Shown one piece after another: positions 1 to 9,187 of a stretch of 64,000 bases of DNA (position 1 is the first letter of the stretch; the number at the start of each line of letters is the position of its first letter). The stretch covers positions 62,001 through 126,000 of the forward strand of contig JBBPEB010000002.1 in NCBI GenBank assembly GCA_039096225.1. Reading direction: 5' to 3'. The stretch is from Blastocystis sp. Blastoise (taxonomy: Eukaryota; Protista; Bigyra: Opalinata). Position numbers and translations under genes: made by a program. Below the pieces are notes generated by a model. It did no database searches, was not told the origin of the DNA, and was given only the letters and a program-made list of their open reading frames with translations.

Positions 1-392
1 ATAAAAATGTATGTATAGTGATCAATAAATAATATAAAAAGTCATGATAATCATAAAAAAATTTATATAAAAAGAGTAAAGTGATCAAGGTATGTATTTA
101 TAGTGGGTGAAAGAAAAGCTGGTGGTGGTGTGGTCTTGTAAAAAGATGTACCCACCACCACGATTATAACGAGAGACTTTTGGAAACAAGGGTGACCGTT
201 ATGGAAATAGGATGCGTCATCGTGAATTGTCCAATCAAATTGCTTAAAAATGTAAAAATGAGGGATTTTGGAACACAAAAACATAATTATATTGGGGAAA
301 CTGGGGAAACTAATTGTGTTCCAGTGGTTTTAGGTGGCGGGATGTATATCAATTTTCTAGAATATTCTAGAACATTCTCGAAACTTCTAGAA
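1..392 (+). repeat. Left terminal inverted repeat (partial)
   Basis: Reverse complement of 23705-24096 (position 1 pairs with 24096). The only differences I spotted are 3 clustered mismatches near 284-294. Confidence 0.95.
355..392. promoter_or_regulatory. Heat-shock-element-like array, 8 alternating nTTCn/nGAAn units
   Basis: TTCtaGAAtaTTCtaGAAcaTTCtcGAAacTTCtaGAA, 45 bp upstream of the ATG at 438. Confidence 0.75.
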
Positions 393-437
393 TAATAAAT
401 TGTATTATGCGTTTTTTCTATTTTTATACTATTTATT

Positions 438-608
438 ATGGATTCTCCAAAGCAATTTGCTCCAGATTATAAAGAAGGTACTTGGAAACCTTATGGAAAT
501 TTTGAAGTTGATGAATTAAGTGATAGTGATTCTGATATGGACAGTTTTCATACTGTAAGTGAAGATGATGAATATGAAGATTATATCAAGAATTTTATTG
601 ATTTTTAA
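438..608 (+). CDS. Small acidic protein, 56 aa (not in ORF track)
   Basis: ATG438-TAA608 encodes MDSPKQFAPDYKEGTWKPYGNFEVDELSDSDSDMDSFHTVSEDDEYEDYIKNFIDF. HSE-like array upstream, TGTTTAGTT 3' motif at ~637. Confidence 0.65.
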   Translation: MDSPKQFAPDYKEGTWKPYGNFEVDELSDSDSDMDSFHTVSEDDEYEDYIKNFIDF

Positions 609-676
609 ATTAATTTTTATAAATAACAAAACAAATTGTTTAGTTTAAAAATAATAATAAATAAAATAAATTAAAA

Positions 677-2278
677 TTAACTAATGTTTCTGCGTTTATT
701 TCTAAATTTCTTAGGTGTTGTAGTACGTCTTTTTCTACGTAATCCATGTCCTGCAATATAAAATTTATTTCCTTCTCCATCATCACATGACTCAAAATCA
801 TCATCATCATCATCATCTTTATTTTTATTATTTTTATTTTCAAGAGTAACATTTGATACTGGATTGGGAATCGGGGCTACCGGTGTAATGTTTGGAGAGA
901 AATTGTTTTTGACTACTTGGGACATTGGAATGGTGACAGGTAAAGGAGCAGTAGGATCGTTCATACGAGGAATTAAATCTATTGGTCTTGATTCATTTAT
1001 ATCAATATTATGAATATTTTCTAATGTTACAGGGGGACTTGGTGAAGGAATTAAAATATTATCATCATTATTATCGCCTAAAGGGAAGATTGGTGAAGGA
1101 GTAATATCTTCATTTAAATGAGGGATTGGTGAAGGACTTGGAACATCACCAATATCTATTTCTAATGGATTCTCATCTTGTAATAATTGTTGTTCTTCAG
1201 GACGTTTACCAAAATAATAATCAGAGAAACTATTAAATGTATCTTTAATATACGAACCTATTTTATTTGCACCATCAACCAATTTATTTGCTGTTTTTTT
1301 AGCAACATTAACAACAGGTTTTGCTGTATTTGTTACAGTATTAACAACTTTTTTAACAAGTGTTGGATCTGCTGCATATCTAATATAATCTTCATGGAAT
1401 GTTGGCGTTATTTTGTTTAGATAATCACGTCTTGCAAGAACTTCACTAACTGAATCTTTATTAGAAAAATGGGCTTCAGGATAATAAAGATCAGCTAATT
1501 CTTTATTCTTTTTCTTAGCTTCATTATTATTAGATATTTTCCAATTATCATACAAATTATTTCTATCACTCACAATTTTTCCTTTAATATCGTTAAATCC
1601 TTCTTGTGGATCAATATTAATATCTTTCCACCATTTCTTAAGATCTTTAAATTTATCTGCACCATAATCAACTGCACTACTTATTCCATGAGTGATATTA
1701 TGAATGCCTCCAGTTAAATTATTAGCAACACTATATACATCACCAACAACACCAAAAACATTTCCGAATAAATTACCTCCTCTTGAATATAAATATCCTT
1801 CGCGATCTCTTCTAGTAAAATCAATAGCTTTATCAATTGTACGAGGATTTAATAATCTTGAATATTTAGCATAATCAGGCATATGATGCTGTTTCATATA
1901 AGGTAAGACATAATCATGAGCATAAATGAGTTTTCTTGTGAAATTCCTTGGAATTCTACCATCAGGTAACAACCCAGATCCTTCATCTATTGGTTCAGTT
2001 TCTTCTGATTCCTCTAATGAACTTTGTATAACATCTTGTCTAGTTTCTGATAAATATGAATAGAATGGATTTGACATTGCTCTATTAACCATATTACTTT
2101 CTATTCGCTTAACAGCAGCTAAAGAATTAGGAGCAATAGAATAATTAATTGGATGACGTTCTTCTCCATCAGGAATAGATCCTGGAACAATATAATTTCG
2201 ATATTCATGACCAGTAGCACGATGATTTACGCCTACTAATCCTTTATTTGAAACATTTAAACGAGCACTTTGTATCAT
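677..2278 (-). CDS. Putative virion core/membrane-active protein
   Basis: 533 aa ORF. GG/GxG motifs (EGSGL, RGGNLFGNVFGVVG, AGHGL), amphipathic segments, Pro-rich linker, acidic run, basic C-terminal tail. Confidence 0.55.
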   Translation of the reverse strand: MIQSARLNVSNKGLVGVNHRATGHEYRNYIVPGSIPDGEERHPINYSIAPNSLAAVKRIESNMVNRAMSNPFYSYLSETRQDVIQSSLEESEETEPIDEGSGLLPDGRIPRNFTRKLIYAHDYVLPYMKQHHMPDYAKYSRLLNPRTIDKAIDFTRRDREGYLYSRGGNLFGNVFGVVGDVYSVANNLTGGIHNITHGISSAVDYGADKFKDLKKWWKDINIDPQEGFNDIKGKIVSDRNNLYDNWKISNNNEAKKKNKELADLYYPEAHFSNKDSVSEVLARRDYLNKITPTFHEDYIRYAADPTLVKKVVNTVTNTAKPVVNVAKKTANKLVDGANKIGSYIKDTFNSFSDYYFGKRPEEQQLLQDENPLEIDIGDVPSPSPIPHLNEDITPSPIFPLGDNNDDNILIPSPSPPVTLENIHNIDINESRPIDLIPRMNDPTAPLPVTIPMSQVVKNNFSPNITPVAPIPNPVSNVTLENKNNKNKDDDDDDDFESCDDGEGNKFYIAGHGLRRKRRTTTPKKFRNKRRNIS

Positions 2279-2390
2279 TTTATAAAATAATTATATTTTT
2301 TAAACAAAACAAAATAAAATATTGTATAATAAATTATTAATTACAAGATAATATATAAGAAATATAGATATATAATGTAAGGTATGCTAG

Positions 2391-3197
2391 TTATTTATTT
2401 TTTAAATAATCATCAAGAGGAATTGCTTCTCCATCTACATCAATATATACTGTATTCTTAGTATATATTAATCTCTTATCACCAAAAGCATCACTATTAG
2501 TACAATTTAGTAATCCTGATTTAATATAATAATCGAATTCAAATTCACCATAAGACGCTTTCTTGTACTTATTTTTGTTTTTATCTTTGTATACTTTATT
2601 AGCTACCTTGAAATCTCTCACTGGTTGTGTGGGTGTTTCAGTTTCTTTTTCAGTTTCAGGTTTCGTTTCAGGTTTAGTTTCAGGTTTAGTTTCAGGTTCT
2701 TTAGATGGTTTCTTTTCGGGTTCAGGTTTAGGTTCTGGTTTGGGTTGTTCTTCAGTGAAATTAGAATTCATGGATTCTGGTTGTGGTTTCACTGTATAGT
2801 CTTCATTAGGATTTCTTACAGTATGAATAAGTTTTTCATATTGATAGTTATTAGGATTACTAGCATCATACCATATCTTACTTGTAGTAGGAATACCATA
2901 ATTCGTTTGCCATTGAGATAACATTGATGTATATCTATTTGTATCACCATTAGCTTTAGCTGAATTCATAGTAGCTATAAACATATCTTCAGGTGATTGA
3001 CCATGATTTCTTAATGCTTGAACTGCCATTGAACTATACATAGATCCTTGTGCATTAGGATCATGTGCTAATGGTTGTACAGGTTGTTCATCTTGACAAA
3101 TATATGAATTGGGTAACCATGGATCCCAAGATTGTTTTTTCTGATTTCTTGATAAAATATCATAGAGAGTTACACTATCTCCTAAATTACTTTGCAT
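2391..3197 (-). CDS. Hypothetical viral protein with KPE(T/P) repeat linker
   Basis: 268 aa ORF in the structural gene cluster, followed by the 3' motif at 2303-2312. Confidence 0.7.
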   Translation of the reverse strand: MQSNLGDSVTLYDILSRNQKKQSWDPWLPNSYICQDEQPVQPLAHDPNAQGSMYSSMAVQALRNHGQSPEDMFIATMNSAKANGDTNRYTSMLSQWQTNYGIPTTSKIWYDASNPNNYQYEKLIHTVRNPNEDYTVKPQPESMNSNFTEEQPKPEPKPEPEKKPSKEPETKPETKPETKPETEKETETPTQPVRDFKVANKVYKDKNKNKYKKASYGEFEFDYYIKSGLLNCTNSDAFGDKRLIYTKNTVYIDVDGEAIPLDDYLKNK

Positions 3198-3273
3198 TAT
3201 TTATTGTATTAATTTAAAAATAATTATATAACAAAACAAATAATTAATTATGAAATAATAAAAGTTAAAATAA

Positions 3274-4311
3274 TTAATTTAAATGGAATTTTTTTAAGAA
3301 GAATTGAACAAGATTAATAATTAAATTAGTAGTAGTATCAAAGGATGTAGAGTTGACAAGAGCACCACCACAACGTTCAGCATTCTCTTTTGTAACACCA
3401 CTTCCACTAGGATTTTTAAAGTAGTTATCAGCAGTTTCTTTACGTTTCTTATCATCATCAGTAGTAATCATATTATAAGCGAAATCAATAGGGATACCAA
3501 GAGAAGGATAATAGTATTTTAATGCATTCACTACAATAGGAACAATCGTTTTAATAGTTTTAATAGCAGTATTCGCAATAATAGAATGCTTTTGTTTTGG
3601 ATCCATAGGATATTCTTTATCGATAACGACATTAACAATATCACGTACAGACACATGCTCATCATTTTTAGGTAATCGTTCTTTAATATCTTGTAATTTC
3701 TTCTTATTAGACTTTACATTACTAGAACGAATAGACTTCTTAGCAATAATTTTTATTTGAGGAGTTACGAATTTACTTGTTTTCTTTTCTTTTTCTCGGT
3801 GACTCCCATGTTCTTTACGATGTTTCTGATGCCTTCTATGTATACCTTGACCAAATATATCATCATAATTTTCATCTTCAAGATTTGCATTATTATAATC
3901 TTTATCATCATCAGCCATCATTTTTCTTGTTATTCTCTTTGGTTGATAAGTAGCATCATCATTATATAATTCATCATCTCTATTAGCATCTTCAATATGT
4001 TCTTCAAATTGTCTTTTCTTTTCTTCTTTTGCTTTTTCTTGACGTTTTTGTTCTTTACGTTTCTGATAATAATTATATCCAGCAAATGCTCCTAATGTAC
4101 CTAAAATAGGTAATGCAGTATAGACACCATTTTTAAAATCAGCCCAATCAGCATCTCTAGTTTGTTGTCTAACAATTTCTTCAAAGCCTGTTCCTCCATA
4201 TCTTACATAACGTTTATGATAAAGATCACGTCTATTTGATTTTGGTGGTGATCCTCCAAATAATCGTGGATCACAATTTTGTTTTAAATATCTTTTTGTA
4301 ATTGAACTCAT
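3274..4311 (-). CDS. Putative virion core protein with a hydrophobic segment
   Basis: 345 aa ORF. Hydrophobic stretch ALPILGTLGAFAG, GG/GxG motifs (FGGS, YGGTGF, FGQGI, SGSGV, CGGA), basic patches. Confidence 0.55.
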   Translation of the reverse strand: MSSITKRYLKQNCDPRLFGGSPPKSNRRDLYHKRYVRYGGTGFEEIVRQQTRDADWADFKNGVYTALPILGTLGAFAGYNYYQKRKEQKRQEKAKEEKKRQFEEHIEDANRDDELYNDDATYQPKRITRKMMADDDKDYNNANLEDENYDDIFGQGIHRRHQKHRKEHGSHREKEKKTSKFVTPQIKIIAKKSIRSSNVKSNKKKLQDIKERLPKNDEHVSVRDIVNVVIDKEYPMDPKQKHSIIANTAIKTIKTIVPIVVNALKYYYPSLGIPIDFAYNMITTDDDKKRKETADNYFKNPSGSGVTKENAERCGGALVNSTSFDTTTNLIINLVQFFLKKFHLN

Positions 4312-4364
4312 AACAAAACAATAAAATAATTATGGTTTATTTAACAAATTAAAATATAAAAAAA

Positions 4365-5402
4365 TTAATGAAAAGAAGGATAACCAGAATAATGTTTTTT
4401 ATTTAAATAAGGATTGAAAATGCGTCGTTGACTATCTTGTATGATTTGATCTTGTATGATTTGTAAGATGGATTCTTTAGGTTTATCTTTTTCATCTCGT
4501 TCAATACCTTTCAATGAGACTTCTTCTTCAACAGGTAAAAACTTCTTCATTTTCTTTTCATATGTAGATATATGTTCATTAGGACGTTTAATACCACTAC
4601 CTGATACTTCACCTTGTTCTTCTCGTTTCTCTTTTTCACTATCTTCTTCTGTCCATTTCCTTTTCTTTACCATCTTATAGACATTCTGTTTACTACCACA
4701 ATCAGGATTTGTCCATATCGTTAAATCATCACTACCTTGTTTTAACATAAAGAATTGATGTGGATCATTCATTAATTCTTCATCTGTAAGAATTTCATTT
4801 AAATTTGATGGCATAATCTTTAATTTATCTGGTAAGAATCCAGGATCACGTTTTAAGATTTGACTATTAATAAAGAAATGAGATACTTGACTTAATATAG
4901 ATTGATTGGTAACATCTGTATGACTTTGAAGACATATAATAGCATTCTGTTTATAATGACGACCTTTAGATAATATAGATACAATCAATTGTTTGGTTTG
5001 TCTAGATAATGGATAGATATCATCCAATACAATAAAATTATGTTCTGGTAATTTATATGTATTGACTAATTCATCAACAGTTTTAATCTTTTTAAATTTA
5101 TCATCTACAGAATCATACCATTTATAATCAATTCCAGCATGCTCACAAATATCTTGAAAGGATGTATAACATTCATTCTTATTGGATGCATCAGGACAAA
5201 TTACTGTGACTTGTTTATATTTATTTTTAAGATCCATAGAACATAAGAGGTTCACAGTTAAGAAAGATTTACCTGAGAATGTTCTTGCAATAATCAATAT
5301 AAATTTTGATTCATATGTTTTATGATGTGATTTTCCATATTTGAATTCTAAGACTCCACATCCTTTACGTGTTTCTTTTAATGGATTTATTTTATTCACC
5401 AT
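4365..5402 (-). CDS. Genome packaging ATPase (FtsK-HerA / A32-like)
   Basis: Walker A ARTFSGKS, Walker B FIVLDD, arginine finger KGRHY, following strand ICLQ; adjacent to capsid genes. Confidence 0.9.
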   Translation of the reverse strand: MVNKINPLKETRKGCGVLEFKYGKSHHKTYESKFILIIARTFSGKSFLTVNLLCSMDLKNKYKQVTVICPDASNKNECYTSFQDICEHAGIDYKWYDSVDDKFKKIKTVDELVNTYKLPEHNFIVLDDIYPLSRQTKQLIVSILSKGRHYKQNAIICLQSHTDVTNQSILSQVSHFFINSQILKRDPGFLPDKLKIMPSNLNEILTDEELMNDPHQFFMLKQGSDDLTIWTNPDCGSKQNVYKMVKKRKWTEEDSEKEKREEQGEVSGSGIKRPNEHISTYEKKMKKFLPVEEEVSLKGIERDEKDKPKESILQIIQDQIIQDSQRRIFNPYLNKKHYSGYPSFH

Positions 5403-5471
5403 TTTTATATGATTTTAATCAACAAAACAAAAAATAATTAATGATAAGTTAAAGATAAATATATGATTTTA

Positions 5472-6143
5472 TTAAGATGCAGTAAAGTATATATAAAGAT
5501 TTGTATTTGATAAATCAATTGGATTATTTAATTGATCATATACTTCCCATTGGATATCTGTATATTTACCATCAATACATGGAATAGATAAATCACTTAA
5601 AGCAAATGTATTATCAAATCCTTGTTTAGCATATAAAGGAATAGAAATCAAATCATTATCTTTATTAATAATATCACAATACACACGTAACATATAGATC
5701 TTATACCATGAAATATTATTGGATATATATTCATCAGTAAATACGATTGTATCACCCGGTGAAAAGTATGATGATTTAATGCCTAAGTATTTAAATAGTC
5801 CAGAACTAAGACCACATTCAAACCAATGATTTGATTTAAAAGTTTTAGTTTCTTTATTATAGCTGAAACCATAAGGTTCTCCTTCAACATAGGATTTCAA
5901 TTTTTTTCCAATTTCATATAATTGATCTAAAAAATCTTCTAAAGTATAATTTCCAGCTGGAAATGTATATCTACCATCACTATTATAAATCTTAATATTG
6001 AATTCTGGAATATTAATGATATCACTTGTATTCACTAATGTATTGATATGAGTTATATTTTTACCTACTAAATCCAAAGTATAATTGAATTGTTCATGAC
6101 AGATTTGACTTGTAATTTTACTTAGATGAGATATTGATGTCAT
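5472..6143 (-). CDS. Minor capsid (penton-like) protein
   Basis: FPAGNYTLEDF insertion-domain motif and C-terminal DIQWEVYDQLNNPIDL, typical of Polinton/PLV pentons; lies between ATPase and MCP. Confidence 0.7.
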   Translation of the reverse strand: MTSISHLSKITSQICHEQFNYTLDLVGKNITHINTLVNTSDIINIPEFNIKIYNSDGRYTFPAGNYTLEDFLDQLYEIGKKLKSYVEGEPYGFSYNKETKTFKSNHWFECGLSSGLFKYLGIKSSYFSPGDTIVFTDEYISNNISWYKIYMLRVYCDIINKDNDLISIPLYAKQGFDNTFALSDLSIPCIDGKYTDIQWEVYDQLNNPIDLSNTNLYIYFTAS

Positions 6144-6239
6144 TTTTATTAAATAAATTAATTATGTATTGATAAACAAAACAATATTTTTAAGATTAAT
6201 ATAAAGTTGATACAAATAAGAAAATATTATATAATTAAA

Positions 6240-7463
6240 TTAATTGGTTGCACCATCTCTAACAAATTTAACAAATATAAAATGAGCATATAAAGTATAA
6301 GTACCACTAGTAATATTTGCACCATTATATTCAGTTAATAAGGAGATATTAACTTCACAACCACTACGAGTATTGACATCAACAACACTTGAAATAGGGA
6401 ATATATAAATAGGTTGTTCATACCACTTTTCACCGTTTAAAGGAGATTGAGGATGACTATTACATCTCCAAGTATTATAAAGCATAGCATTAGGAATAAT
6501 TTGTGATGGATTCGTTGTTTTATACGTAGTAGGGAAATCCGTCTTTGGTAAGATATTTTGACCACCAATTTGGAATTGACACATCTTCAATAATTCAGTC
6601 TTAATAGGAATCATACTCTTCTCTTGAGTTGTAAAATATAGCATACAGTAATCAGGTACGAAAACAACACTTCTATTGGATAAGAATTGTTGTGGAGTTG
6701 GTTTACCTGCTGTTGTGAATGTTTGTGAATAAACAGGTGTAGTAAATGCAGATATTTGACAATTATTAGGAATACATTTAATTAAAGCACGTGGATCATT
6801 ACCAAAATTAATATCATAAATTTGTTGAAGATGAATATAAACACGATCAAATGTTAATGCAGTGATTTTAGTCGTACCTGTAAATAGATTCTTTAAATAA
6901 TTTGTAACGAATTGCATCTTCAAAGATTTTACTTTAATAGCACAATCAAATGTACCAAGACCAGTAATAAGAGATAAAGGAATAATAACTTGAGCTTTAG
7001 TAGAACTTTGCATTCCAGAAATACTGCTTAAGGTTGTATTATATAAGCATTCTGTCATACTATACATAGATTTATCAATTTCATCTTTACTTAATTCTTT
7101 AATAGTAACAAATTTTCTTGCTTTACTGGATTCAATAGAAGATTCAGAATAATTAATAAGAATATCTTGACCCGTAGGAGATACAAACGTAAGATCTGTA
7201 GTAATTTTATCAATAATACTATAGATATTAGAATGTTGTACAACAGAACTAGTTGTAGCTGCATTTGTTGTAATATTGAAATTCAGTTCTAAGAATGAAT
7301 TGCTGAAATCAATAAAAGGACTATCCACTGAATTATATAAGAATTCAAATGGATAAGGTTGATTTAATAAATCTTGACTTGTAGAAACTAGAATAGGAAT
7401 TTGTACAGGTTTAATAGTTTGATTTGCCTTTGAAGGTAAGAATTGTCTTGGGAATCCTTCCAT
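6240..7463 (-). CDS. Major capsid protein (double jelly-roll), paralog 1
   Basis: 407 aa, beta-rich. FIDFSNSFLEL, IIPLSLI, VPDYCMLYF and PIYIFP resemble PLV/Polinton MCP strands; collinear with 7641..9113. Confidence 0.75.
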   Translation of the reverse strand: MEGFPRQFLPSKANQTIKPVQIPILVSTSQDLLNQPYPFEFLYNSVDSPFIDFSNSFLELNFNITTNAATTSSVVQHSNIYSIIDKITTDLTFVSPTGQDILINYSESSIESSKARKFVTIKELSKDEIDKSMYSMTECLYNTTLSSISGMQSSTKAQVIIPLSLITGLGTFDCAIKVKSLKMQFVTNYLKNLFTGTTKITALTFDRVYIHLQQIYDINFGNDPRALIKCIPNNCQISAFTTPVYSQTFTTAGKPTPQQFLSNRSVVFVPDYCMLYFTTQEKSMIPIKTELLKMCQFQIGGQNILPKTDFPTTYKTTNPSQIIPNAMLYNTWRCNSHPQSPLNGEKWYEQPIYIFPISSVVDVNTRSGCEVNISLLTEYNGANITSGTYTLYAHFIFVKFVRDGATN

Positions 7464-7640
7464 GTTAGTAATTATTGTTTATGTATTTTTTTAACAAAAA
7501 TAAAAATAAAATAATAATAATATTTTATAATTATTAATTAATTTAAATTTTTTATAACAAAACAAATGATTGGAATATAGAATAGAATAGAATTAATTAA
7601 ACAAGTTAACGTTAAGAATAGTAAGTAAGAAATATTAAAT

Positions 7641-9113
7641 TTAAATATCACGTACACTACGTACAGCAATCATATGTAATGTATAAGGATGCTTCTCATT
7701 TAGTTCAGTATTAATATGTTTATAAATACCAGCATGAGAAGCAACGGCATAAGAAGCACCAGTGTCAGGTGTCCATATTTTAGTAGTTTCATTATATGTA
7801 CATGTATATCCATCAGGAACAGTAGATGAATCAGCATGACCATATTCAATATCATGAACATCTAGATTACAATCAAAATTCATTTCTATACCACTATCTG
7901 ATTGGATATTCATTAATGCTTTAGTTGGAATAATATAAATAGGATGTTTAATCCATTCATCATATTTAAGAATAGTTTCAGGATTTGAATTATCAGCCCA
8001 TAAACAATATAAATTTTTATTAGGACAAGATAAACTAGCAGTTTCTTCATTATTGAAGACATGACCTTTAGTAGTAAGATTATGATAATACATTTGAGTA
8101 GGGAATTCAGTTTGAGGGAACATTTGAACATCACCAATCAAACAACTTTGATATTTAGGCCATACAGATGGACTAGCTATATTACTAATAGTTGTTGAAC
8201 TATAACCATTTGTAAACCAGTATAATATATATTCTGGTATAAATGGTAAAGCTCTATTGATATTGAAATGATCACTAGTTATTCTTGTATTTTGATAATC
8301 GACTTGAATACATGTAGGTATAGTTTTATATAATTCATTCGTTTGGAATTGAATATCTTTATAAGTCATTAAATTCATAGTAGCTGATTCCAATTCAAAT
8401 GTCTTAAACCATTTTTCATCAGTTAGATGTAACCATTGTGTTGATAGATCTTTACCACCATTCTTGAAATAAATACTCATATTATTATCAATTAAGGATT
8501 CAATAGTACTAGTTCTAAATAACATATTGAAATGTTTAGTTAATATTAAAGAATCTCCATCAACACCTAAACCACTAATAAGATATAAAGGAATAGCAAT
8601 ATGAATAGATTCATTTGGATGTGCACGTATATAACGAATAGAATTCAATTCATAAGTATCTGCAGATAAATCTTCACCATACATAGATTTTTCTAAATCA
8701 TTCTTACTGATATCTTTTAATAAAATCATTTTACGACCACGTGAAGCATGTGAACAGTTTTCTTCATATTTCAAAGCACGATCAGATCCATCAGGTAATG
8801 TATAAACCATTTCAACATCAGTGGAATCAATAATAGAATAAATATTTGCTTTTTGAACTAATTGATCCAAGAAATATTGACATAATTGATCATAGGTGAA
8901 ACTAACAGAAGTACCTGTTTCATCTAAATAAACAGAAACTGGTCCAGCTTTATCTGTGACAGTTGCCTTGACAGTAAGATCCAAATAGGATTGATTGAAA
9001 TTGATATAAGTGTTATCCACATTAGTCCAATGATATTGAAAGATATAAGGACTTGATAGAATATCAGTATCACTTTGAATAGGAATATTATCTTTAATTC
9101 TTAAGATTCTCAT
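7641..9113 (-). CDS. Major capsid protein (double jelly-roll), paralog 2
   Basis: 490 aa. YINFNQSYLDL, NIYSIID, IPLYLISGLG, IPEYILYWF and PIYIIP match paralog 1 block by block. Confidence 0.72.
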   Translation of the reverse strand: MRILRIKDNIPIQSDTDILSSPYIFQYHWTNVDNTYINFNQSYLDLTVKATVTDKAGPVSVYLDETGTSVSFTYDQLCQYFLDQLVQKANIYSIIDSTDVEMVYTLPDGSDRALKYEENCSHASRGRKMILLKDISKNDLEKSMYGEDLSADTYELNSIRYIRAHPNESIHIAIPLYLISGLGVDGDSLILTKHFNMLFRTSTIESLIDNNMSIYFKNGGKDLSTQWLHLTDEKWFKTFELESATMNLMTYKDIQFQTNELYKTIPTCIQVDYQNTRITSDHFNINRALPFIPEYILYWFTNGYSSTTISNIASPSVWPKYQSCLIGDVQMFPQTEFPTQMYYHNLTTKGHVFNNEETASLSCPNKNLYCLWADNSNPETILKYDEWIKHPIYIIPTKALMNIQSDSGIEMNFDCNLDVHDIEYGHADSSTVPDGYTCTYNETTKIWTPDTGASYAVASHAGIYKHINTELNEKHPYTLHMIAVRSVRDI

Positions 9114-9187
9114 TTTTTTTTTAATAAAAAAATATTAATAAATAAAATAAAATTAATATAAATTATTATTTAATAAATTAGAAAAAT
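9114..9187. promoter_or_regulatory. Putative bidirectional promoter between divergent structural genes
   Basis: 74 bp between two divergent ATGs, all A/T except one G. Lacks both the 3' motif and HSE-like arrays. Confidence 0.45.

Noticed and set aside
63-395. Short ORFs inside the TIRs (63..284, 180..395 and mirrors 23690..24034)
   Set aside because: They are duplicated only because of the TIR, begin at alternative start codons (e.g. TTG), overlap promoter-like sequence and have no recognisable motifs.
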